Part shown: positions 51,916-62,755 of the stretch, in pieces | Layout of the letters: the number at the start of each line of letters is the position of its first letter | Numbering within the stretch: position 1 is the stretch's first letter | Assembly: GCA_964016885.1 (NCBI GenBank) | Contig: OZ024744.1 | Location: 50,654,001 to 50,718,000, forward strand | Source: Eledone cirrhosa | Lineage: Eukaryota | DNA length: 64,000 nt | Direction of reading: 5' to 3' | Notes under the pieces: model-generated | Told to the model about the DNA's origin: nothing | What the model saw: the letters and a program-made list of their open reading frames with translations, nothing else | Database searches by the model: none | Translations under genes and position numbers: made by a program

Positions 51916-51924
51916 TATATATAT

Positions 51925-52165
51925 ATTCTAGGGCGGGTAAAATTCCCGAGATCTATGGACGAGTTCTCTCCAGCGGTCTCTGTCCTTCATCATCGCCGCC
52001 ATGTCCTGCGTCTCCCATGTCTGACCTTAGGGCATCAACATATGTCATCCTTGGTTTCTTTCTTCTAGTGTGTCTGTGTAGGGACTCCAACAGGAGCACT
52101 GAGTGCAGTGTTAGCTCTGAATGTCGGAAACACGTCCAGCTAACCTCATTCTCCTCTGTGTTACT
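51925..52165 (-). mobile_element. RTE-type LINE extreme 3' fragment (different family)
   Basis: Frameshifted RMRLAG...KPRMTYVDALRSD...MMKDRDRWRELV. Confidence 0.55.
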
Positions 52166-52894
52166 TTCGAGTATATTTATATATATATATTATATATTGT
52201 ACACACACACATTTAGAAGCATAGCTTGAGCAGATGTAAGTTTTACTCTAGCAAGAATCTCGGTGTCTGGAACGAATGTGTTCCAGCTTATTTTGAGTAT
52301 ATAGAGGAGGCATTTTTTGGTGAAACTGCTCCAACATTTTAACCGTATGTACAACGTCCAAATAGATGACGAAGCGAGTTGGTGCTTCAAGGTCGCCCTG
52401 CCTTACTCCATTTTCCACTGCAAACGGTTCTGAACAATTCCTCAAAAATTAATACGGGCCTTCATATCCTTATGGGGGGTCTTTAATCATATTCACAAAC
52501 TTTTCAGTACATCCAAATTATATATATATATATATATAGTAATAATAATAAATTTGAAGACTAAAATCCAAAGAGGGCTCGATAAGGATAAATATATATC
52601 AAATATATAAGAACCGTAGAGCAAATATTTATTAAAATAACAGATTAAAGTTTAAGCAAAGAATCGCTGCTTTCACCCTTAACGGGATCTTCTAGAACTA
52701 AAAAAATCAATCTGTCAACGCAGAAGTAAATATTTCGAAAAGTGTTGCAACCGGAGGAAGACAGGAAGACGATACTTTGGTTCGTGGAAACGTTCCCTGG
52801 CAAAGAACGGGAAAAAACGAAGATAATACGTCATTATTTGGAGCGGTGAAAACAATTATACGCAAAGACAAAACCACGTTTATGGTATAAATTA

Positions 52895-53190
52895 AGTATT
52901 CTTTAGTGCCATCAGTCTCAATATATACTTCCTCGTTTGTTTTTAATTTTGTTTTCCGAAGTGCGTTCCAGATGGTTCTAGCTATCCCATCGTGTCTCAT
53001 GGGGAGGTAGTAGCGACATAACATTCTTTCGCAGTTGGCAACAATGTGACTTACATCTTCGATCTTTGTTTTACATAGCCTACATTTATTGTCAGTTGCT
53101 GGCCCTCCTCTTTTGTGCAGCAGATATTTGGTAGGGAGTTATTGTTCCTGTATTGCATAGAGATATCCCTCAAGGTGTGATGTCATAAAC
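52895..53190 (-). mobile_element. R4/Dong-type non-LTR retrotransposon fragment (CCHC zinc-knuckle region)
   Basis: Translates HLEGYLYAIQEQ*LPTKYLL...NKCRLCKTKIEDVSHIVANCERMLCRYYLPMRHDGIARTIW, matching the EG---AIQ-Q...CR-C...E---HI---C...RH signature of R4/Dong elements. Confidence 0.7.
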
Positions 53191-55122
53191 TTGTATATGT
53201 ATGTATATATGTGTATATGTATGTATATATGTGTATATGTATGTATATATGTGTATATGTATGTATATATGTGTATATGTATGTATATATGTGTATATGT
53301 ATGCATATATGTGTATATGTATGTATATATGTGTATATGTATATATGTGTATATGTATATATGTGTATATGTGTATATGTATATATGTGTATATGTATGT
53401 ATGTATATATGTGTATATGTGTGCATGTATGTATATGTGTGCATGCATGTATGTGTGCATGCATGTATATGTGTGCATGTATGTATATGTGTGTATGTAT
53501 GTATATGTGTGCATGTATGTATATGTGTGTATGTATGTATATGTGTATATGTGTATGTGTGTATGTATGTGTAAATATATGCGTACATGTATATATATAT
53601 ATGTATGAGTTTCATAGTGTGTAAATGAATGAAGACTTATATAGGTTTATGTATAATAAAGACAAAAGAGTGGCTATGGCTGTGAGGTTAGGAGTACGTT
53701 TCGCAAATATGTGGTTCTGGGTTCAACCTGCCCAGCTGTAACCTGAGAATCCATCTTTGCGAGGGAAATTTGGCAGGCAGGCAGGTGTGTGTGTGTGTGT
53801 GTGTGTAAACGCGTGCGTGTGTATGTTTCTCGGAGAGATTCCACGAGACACAGACACAGTATGTGACAAAGGTAATCATTTTATTTGTAGGTTCAGCCCA
53901 TTTTATATTACAATGTAAGTGGCCAAACATTCCATAAACGAGTGTAATGTAATTCTCAGGGAGATTCAGCGTGTCATTATGTGACAAAGCTGCTTCTTTG
54001 AATCAGATAAAATCTATCTTGTGTTGTGCATGTGGTTGAGTATTCCACAAACTCATATATCCTTTACGTAATTATTATTGAGATTCTGTATGAGATATGC
54101 GTGACAAGGCTGGCCCTTTGAATTAAAAAAAACAGTCCATCTTGAATTAGATTGTTAATAGCTGTGCAATTCCACTGACACGTGTATCCATAACGTAATT
54201 CTCATGGAAATTCAGCGTGACACAAGTGTGGCAAAACTGGACATTTGAATTACACATGCAATCCATCCGACGACCAAAGACTACCAAATATTTTCCCTCT
54301 AACCAATTTCACTGACAAGACATGGGTCAACTCGTGGCTGTGCTATCTTTAAGTAGCTGTCGTATATCCACAATTAACGGTCTCTTATATTAACAGCATG
54401 ATTTATTTATGTTTATTATCAACTAGGAAGAAGAACTTGCTAGAACAAATAATATCTCTGGATTGGCAGAATCGTTAAAGAGCCGGACAAAATGATTTGC
54501 GGCATTTAGTTACAGCTTCTTACAGTTAATATGGTGATAACTGGATCTTCTACTATGTCGAGTCTCCACAAGACCTTAGACAGACACTACTTTCCTGAGT
54601 ATATGTGTAGTGCCTACAGAGCATTTTTTATTTATTTGTTAGTTTGTTTTATAGTAGACGTCTTTGAATCCATGGTTTATTTGATTGAGATATCCTCTGT
54701 TTCAGTGATACTGAGTGACATATCTGTGGTAAGGAGTTTGCTTTACAACCAAGTGGTTCTGGGTTCAGATTTGAGTTTGTGTGTAGTGTCATTAGTTACG
54801 GCCCCTTCGTGTTCAAATTTCCTTTTCATCCTTCCAGGGCTGGTAACATAAAGTACCATACAAGTACTGGGGTCAAAGCAATCAACTTTCCCTTCCCGAT
54901 TGACCGGTGTGTGTAACACAGTAAGATTTCCCATACAAACTTGAACTCGACACATTATTCATCAAAGATAAATTAATCAATCAGTGCCAAAAGAATTCTT
55001 TAATTTTGCGGGGAGGTGCGGGAGGTCTGACTTTTCACAACTTATTGTAGCAACTTGACTAAGATAAAAAAAAAAAATGCACCGTGTATGTTTGTTTGTG
55101 AATTTTAATGAGTTGCAGACGA

Positions 55123-55161
<39 letters not shown>

Positions 55162-55164
55162 AGA

Positions 55165-55655
55165 GAGGGGTAGAACGCTGGAAGGTAATATCCGTAGTAG
55201 TAGAGCACTCAGTCCATGGGACGAATTTGGTAGAAGTAGTAACACAACAGTTAGTTCACCATACCTTTGATAGGTTTCGGCCAGTATTGGCCCAGGCCAT
55301 GTCTAACTTAATAGCTCCAACTGGCGAAGTCTTTCAAATCAGGATTTGGGCACCATGGCCCACTCAAGTAGAGAGTTATTGTTTACGGAGACATCCGGGA
55401 TTTCTTGAAGGGATTTGTCCAAAGACTTATTGAACTTGATGGGGTCTGTTTCTGTTTTAATGTGTTTTGGTGTAATGTTAAAGAGAGCAGGGCCAATTGA
55501 GGTGAAATAATTGTGCCGTATTGTTGTTATGAGCTGCGAGTGAGATTTTGTCGTGGGCGGATAGCACGGGGCCCAAGCCTTGGGTGTACCTTAAAGGCAA
55601 TGCCAACATCATTTGGGCAATGCTGATGGAATATTTTCCACATTATGCAGATAAT
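55165..55655 (-). mobile_element. 3' fragment of an L2/CR1-group LINE
   Basis: Minus strand gives IICIMWKIF...PRLG...TIRHNYFTSIGPALFNITPKHIK...FNKSLDKSLQEIPD...NNSLLEW, then a 3'UTR. Confidence 0.65.
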
Positions 55656-55984
55656 TTAGCGCTCAGATATGGGATATAGTCATTGATGATGATAATAAAT
55701 GTGTGTAAAAATATATTCACATATCTTACAACAATGTTTCCTCTCTCATTCCCATACCATTTCATTAAACCCTTCCTTGTTCATTGCTACCTTATAGATC
55801 TATGTGTGTGCTTAATATGTATGCATCTGTTTTTTGTGTAGGTATTTGAGGGTTTGATTTTTTTTTTTTATGTACTATATTTTATTTATTTTTTTTTTTT
55901 TTACTCCTGTGGGTAAATTTTAAGAGACACAGAGATGTGCATAAATATACAAAAACACATTGCGTACTATTATAGTTGACTTTT

Positions 55985-56330
55985 CTTCACCTTTCTACCG
56001 TCTATCTTCTGTCATTTTCTTCACCTTTCTACCGTCTATCTTGTCATTTTCTTCTCACTTCTGTCTTCTATTTCCTTCAATTTTCTTCCGTCTTCTGTCT
56101 CCTTCAGTTTTCTTCCGTCTTCTGTCTTCTATTTCCTTCAGTTTTCTTCCGTCTTCTGTCTTCTATTTCCTTCAGTTTTCTTCCGTCTTCTTCATTCTTC
56201 CACCTGTCTTCTGTCATTTTCTCATCACCAGTCTTCAATGTTCTAATTTCTATCTTGTTTTCTGTCACCCGTCTTCTTTCTTGTATCTTCTGTCTTCCTT
56301 CCTTTTCACTTCCTTTCATTCTTTATCTTT
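55985..56330 (+). repeat. Pyrimidine-rich low-complexity repeat with a ~34-bp unit
   Basis: Repeated ttctgtcttctatttccttcagttttcttccgtc. Confidence 0.7.
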
Positions 56331-56599
56331 CATTCAGTCATGTATTTTTCATTCTTCTGACATGTTCAATATTCTTCAGCATCCGTCTGGGTTTTTGGGG
56401 GTTTTTTTCCCTGGACTAATTGGACCCTTTTAATAATCCGGTCTCGATTCTACATACAATGTCACATAATGTCACACCACTATTCACCTCATCACTTTGC
56501 TCTTCTCTATAGCACACATGTTTGTTTGGGATTGAAATAGATTCCTCCCTTGGTTCTGTAATTTTAAAAAAAATATTTATTAATGGGAAAAAAATCCCC

Positions 56600-57925
56600 C
56601 CAGCCTTCTGTCATAATTTTATGTAAGAACTCTTTAAATTATGTTTCAAACACCAGCTTAATAATGAAAAGGTTAGTCATATTACAAATATAATTAAATC
56701 ACGCCCATTATTTACAAAACCATTTGAAAACTATAGACAGTTATATTACTAAATCTTTTCAATATTATAATAAAGCCATAGACGGTATCTTTCATTAGAA
56801 ATATGGTAATGAAAAGATTAAAATGTTCATATTTATCCCAAAACCTTCAATCGCAATTTTATGTAAAAACCTTTAAGTTATCTTCCAAACACCAACTTAA
56901 TAATGGGAAAGTTTACTATTATTGGTGGATTGGCAGTATCAGTAGAGGGTCGGTCGTCATGCTTTGACGTATAGAGTTACGGCCCTTTCCATTCTGAGTT
57001 CAAATCCCGCCGAGGTCAACTTTGCCTTTCATCCTTACGGGGTCGATAAAATAAAGTACCAGTAATGTACTGGGTAATTGCTAGCCTTGTGCCTAAAGTA
57101 GAAACAATTATTAAATCCCTCCAAATTCTTTATTATTTGCAATATTATTTGAAAACTATAGAAAGTGTCATTGATTAAGATTATGGTAAAGAAAAGTTTA
57201 AAGTATTTATAATTATCTAAAACGTTTCTATCACAATTATATGTAAGCACCTTTGTTAAGTTATGTTCCGAACACCAGCTTAATAGTGAGAACGTTACTC
57301 CAAATTCTTGGTTATTTTCAAAATTATTTGAAAACCATAAGGTAGTATATTTCATTAGAAATATGGTAATGAAAGGGTTAGTGTTTATATTATCTTTAAA
57401 ATTTCTATCATAATTCTCTGTAAGAACATTTGTTAACTTATGTTCTAAACACCAGCTTAATAAAGAGAAAGTTATATTACTAAATATCTACAAATTCTTG
57501 GTAATATTCAAAATGATTTTAAAATCATGGTGTTTCATTAGAAATATGGTAATGAAAGGGTTAAAGTGTTTATATTTATCGAAAAACCTTCAATTATAGT
57601 TTTAGGTGGATTGCCAGTATCGGTAGAGAGTCGGACGCCATGCTTTGCAGCAAAGAGTTACGGCCCTATATGGTCTGAGTTCAAATCCCGCCACGGTTAA
57701 CTTTGCCTTTCATCCTTACGGGGTCGATAAAATAAAGTACCAGTAATATACTGGGATAAGTGCTGGCCTTGTGTCAAAAGTAGAAACAATTATAGTTTTA
57801 AGAACTGTTATGTTCCAAACACCAGCTTGTATTACTAAATCCTCCAAATTCTTGACTATTTTCAAAATTAGTTAAAAACCATAGGCAGTGTCTTTCATAA
57901 AAAATATGGTTAATGAAAGGGTTAA
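56600..57925 (+). repeat. Diverged tandem array (~180-200 bp unit) of a piggyBac-MITE-like end, with two nested SINEs
   Basis: Recurrent ttttatgtaagaac...ttatgttccaaacaccagcttaataatg...ttcattagaaatatggtaatgaaagggttaa. Similar arrays at about 60380-61085 and 62880-63352. Confidence 0.7.
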
Positions 57926-60900
57926 GTCTTTTTCTCCTCCTCCCTTCTACATATAATTGTTTCTACTTTTGGCACAAGGCCAGCATTATATCAGTGCATT
58001 ACTGGTACTTTATTTTATCGACTCCGTAAGGATGAAAGGCAAAGTTAACCTCGGCGGGATTTGGACTCGGATTGTAAAGGGCATAACTCTATGTTGCAAA
58101 GCATGTCGTCCGACCCTCTACCAATACTGCCAATCCGATATAATGTCAAACAATCTCTCACCACAGCACCACACATCTCATCTCTTCCCTTTCCCTTCTC
58201 TTATAGCATGCATGTCCATTTTGGATTGAAATGATTTCTCCTATTCAATTCCATCTCCTGCCTATTGGGAATTGAGCCAGTGATAGTATGATAATTAAAC
58301 TCCTAGTAGCATTGACCTCAGGGGTCAGCTAGTCAAATTAAACCCACCATCTTAAATTTTCACATCCTGTGCCGCATGAAACCACATGACCAAGATAATG
58401 TTGAAGAGTACAAATCAACACTATGACCATATCACATTAAATAGTAAACTCTATACTCCAATATGTATATAATGATTTGTTCACCAGTAAAAATACTATA
58501 GTCATTTGAATTAATAAACCACATTAGTAAGACATTCTTGAAAAGTACAAAACAGCACAATAGCTGCATCTCATTAAATATTCGAGTATTTATTTTTTCA
58601 CAACAATCGGTCCACCAGTAAAAATACTGTAAACTTTGAATTAACAAACCTGTCTTTAGATGTTTTCTAATAAATCATTACAGGATGTTAAGAGTTAAAT
58701 AATATAGGCAGTAAATATGATGGTCTCTTATTCAGACAATACTTTAAAGAAAGTCTTAAAGTCTTAAGGAACTGTGAATTTGTAGAAGTAGTTGTTTACA
58801 GCAGAACACCTTTTAACTCGTTTGATACCAACCATCCCAACACTACTGGTTCTATCGGACAAAACTACCTAAAGTAATTTTATGTAAGAACGATATATTA
58901 TGTTTCTATAATAGTTATGATATAATTAATGATTTTAGTAAATCTTAAAATTTTTCGTTAAACCTTTTGATATCAACCCACCGTCAAAACTTCCTATGTT
59001 TCTATGAAACAAAGCCATTCAATTTAAGGGTTCCTATTATATTAAAAGTGTTCAACATTACCATTTGCTAAGTTGTTATCTTAGTAATAAAATAGTATTT
59101 CTAAAATGATTCAATGAAATACAGTATATATCATTAGAAATCTGGTCATGAAAGGATTAAACAGTAGGGTCTTGAAAAATTATGGATTTGATTTGAATGT
59201 GTTTGATATAAACAAGCAGTTGTTTTACTCCACAGCACTTTTGTAGGGATTGCTACACTAGTGGAACTAAACTTTTTCATCGTCATATTTCTAATGAAAG
59301 ACACTGCCTATGGTTTCTTGTTTTCAGTTGTGGTAAAAAATACATGGTGCATAAAAAATACACCTGGTGCATTCTGTAAAGTGTAGGAACGCATGCAAGC
59401 GAAATACTGGCCGCCGGTCAGTCTAATATGTCACTGGCCCCGATTAAACAGACTTAGTCTGTGACGACCCGTCCACTCCTTGCTAGTAGAGAAAACACGT
59501 TTGATGATGATGATGATGATGATCGAGGGGGTGATGAAAATATAAATAAAATACATTAAAACAAGATTGCTGTATTGTGAAAACTGTTTCTCTCTGGGCG
59601 CTTGTGGATTATCATCTTCGTATATTTGCTACATTATATGTATGTATTGTAATTACATGTATCGTTCATGATGTATTATATTGTAAGGGGCTGAGCATTC
59701 CAAAGACGTGGGTCCTTGTAATGTAGTTCTCAAGCTGATAAAATTGGTCCTTTTAATTACAACTACAGTCCATTTTGCATTATAGCGCAATTGGTTGAGT
59801 ATTCTATACACACGTACGTTTCTGTACCTTTTAATGTAGTTTTCAGAGTCAACTTGACACTGTTGACAAGGCAGAACTTTTGAATTACAGATGCAACTAA
59901 ATTTTTTGAAATCTGAAGTGTTTTGCTTAAGGACACAATGTGTCGCTGGGAATCGAACTCATGATTTTATTATCGTGAACTGAACACCCTAACCACTAAA
60001 GCACGAGCCTTTACAAGTAAGTTCACCAGCAGAAGATTTAGAAATGGCGTAAAAGCCAGTGTGGCGTGAAAATGGCAAATGAAAGAAATATGTCCGATAT
60101 TAGCTGGTTGGCGTCTTTTAACATTACTTTACTGCCAAAGGCTTTCAATCTCCGAAGAAGAAGTTTTAATGACTGGGGTGGTGGTGTTGAGAGGTAAGGT
60201 GGATGAATATAAAATGCCTTGGGAAGAAGAATTTTTGTCTGCCCTTCTTTTGATGTTTCAATGGGGTGGGATGATAATTTGTGCTCCAATTACATCAGAT
60301 ATTCCTGTTCTCTCCCCTCACTTTCACCCTACCCCAAATATTTATTGCCACTCGTCCACTAATTGTTGGTAATTCGTTTCAGTTAACCCTTTTGATACAA
60401 ACCTGAAACCGCCCTGACTCTTAAATACAAAACTTTGTTTTAAGTGTTTATATTTATCAAAAAAAAACTTAGCATCATATGGAAGATATGGTCCAAATAC
60501 CATCTTAATAATAAAATAGTTATAACTTACTAAAAATATGTATTTAGGAAGGCGATATATAGATGCATATTATATTGGTTAGTTATTTTATTTAATCTCT
60601 CCAAATTGTTGATTATTTTCAAATATATTTGAAAACCGTACGTAGTGTATTTCGTTATAAATAAGGTAACGAAATGGCGGAATTGTTTATTTTTATCTAA
60701 AAACCTTTTCTCTCATAATTCTTATGTAAGAACCTTTGAGTTACGTTCCAAACAACAGCTTAATAATGAGAAGTTAGTTATATGACTAATATTACTAAAT
60801 CCTTCCAAATTCTTGATTATATTCAGAAATATTTCAAAACCAACCATAGGCAATGCAATGTTAACAAACTCTTTTGGCAGTCTATTTCATGAGATATATT

Positions 60901-62664
60901 GGTAATAAAAGAGTTAAAACTTCCCTAGAACTATTTAAACAATATTTCTTTCCATCTTTCATCCAAATTTTTCTTCATCTCTTCTTCCCCTCTTCCTTGA
61001 ATTCCATAATAGTAATGTTATGTTCCAAACACCAGCTTAATAATAGGGAGTGTCTTTTATTAGAAATAGTGTAATAACAAGGTTGATATATCCCTCCTCT
61101 CCCACTATACCCAGTGCAGTTTAAGATGCCAATTCATTGTCGTCGAATATCCAGAAGCTCGACCTACTCCGACAAAGAAATAATATGAAAGGGTTATATT
61201 TCCTGTGAGTCAGTTTGAAGAAGAATGGACGCTTGCCATATTGTTTGTATATGGTGTGAAAGATGTCTAATATATTTCACAAGAATTGCTCCGTTCTATT
61301 GGAGAGCCATCACTCCTTTAGATAAAAATAAGTGTCTATTCTCATTACCTCCGCCTCTCTCTCTCACATTCTCTCATATACATATGTATTTATATATATA
61401 TATATATATATGAGTGTGTGTGTATATGTATGTATAAATATATGTATATATTTATATTTATACTATATATCTCCCCCTCTCTTTTCCTCCCTTGATAATA
61501 TCCATGTATCTCCATTTTCACCTTCTTCCGTGATATGTCAGTCATAAAATCATTGCAGGAATATTTTCATGCGGGTTGGTGACTGACGTTTAGGTTGTTC
61601 ATTGCTTATCACAATGGTCTTTGTCTGTCTCTGTCTTTTTCATTCTTGTGTCTTGCCCTACTGCCTGCTGGATTGGTAAGTCCTCACTCATCATAATCAT
61701 CATCATCATCATTTTACGACCCCTTTACACGCTGACATGGGTTGGACGGGTTGTTTGCCTCCCGAGACCAGATGGCTCGGAGCAACCATTCTTACTCGTT
61801 TTCTTCCACATTTGGTATGTTTTCTATGGATGGGTGGCCTTTCTAACGCAAACTGCCTTGTGGGATATATTGAGTAGGATTTTTTTTTTTTTGTCACTAA
61901 CACTACCTTTTCACAAAAACTGTATATTATTTATATTATTAACTAGCAATGTTGATTTAATCGATTTTCCCCTCCTTCCAATATTGTTGGCAGTGTGCCT
62001 AAATCAGAAATCATTATAGAATGCCCGGAAGTCAAGTTCAAACACATGTTTGGCGTTTTCCTGTTGACTTCTCGTCTTAGTATTCTCTTGCTCGTTGCCT
62101 GACAAATAGAATTACAAATACTGAATATTATTTGGTGGATTGGCAGTATCGGTAGAAGGTCGGATGCCATGCTTTTGCAGCAAAGAATTACGGCCCTTTA
62201 TGGTCTGAGTTCAAATCCCGCCGAGGTTAACTTTGCCTTTCATCCTTACGGGGTCCATAAAATAAAGTACCAGTAATACACTGGATAATTGCTGGCCTTG
62301 TGCCAAAAGTAGAAACAATTATTTATAATATTAGAGTAAAGTTTTGTATGTAGTACATATGCACGTATGTTTGTGTCTCGATAGGCCTCCATCGTTTTCG
62401 AAGAGATTCAGCATGGCACGGTGTGTGACAAGGCTGGCTTTTTAACAAACCACATATAACCGCGTTACATCTATTTAGTCTAATATTGCAAATGTTCACA
62501 ACAATCTGTCCCTTAGATACTATAAACACTAGAATTAACAAACCAAATTAGCAAAACATTAAAAGTACAGAACAACATCATAAACTACATCACATTAAAA
62601 ATAAGTCTTTTTTTTTTTTTTTTTTACACTTTCTATTGTATACTTCTGTTCAACAATAAAGACA

Positions 62665-62755
62665 TTTAATTGCTTGTATTTTTTATTTTGTATTTTCCAG
62701 GTAAGACCCTTTTCACTATCGTGTGAATAAAGTCACTTTTCAATGTAAGGTAACA
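62665..62755 (+). promoter_or_regulatory. Candidate recursive splice site (ratchet point) at 62700/62701 with cryptic exon
   Basis: tttaat (branch-like)...tgcttgtattttttattttgtattttcCAG|GTAAGA. Downstream donors GTAAGG (62745) and AAG|GTAACA (62750). In-frame TAA at 62728-62730. Confidence 0.6.

Noticed and set aside
55077-55433. 118-aa + strand ORF as a nested gene (e.g. mab21)
   Set aside because: It is the antisense of an L2/CR1-group LINE 3' end and has no Mab21 motifs.
55825-55860. tttttgtgtag|GTATTT as the next coding exon or a ratchet point
   Set aside because: Reads VFEGLI then poly-T with no NBEA similarity, and GTATTT is a poor donor.
60040-60200. Possible Nbea exon or alternative first exon (MANERNMSDISWL...ER|gtaagg)
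   Set aside because: No similarity to the expected PH-domain continuation. The donor phase is 1 or 2 in the open frames, whereas the next Nbea exon needs phase 0. No good acceptor.
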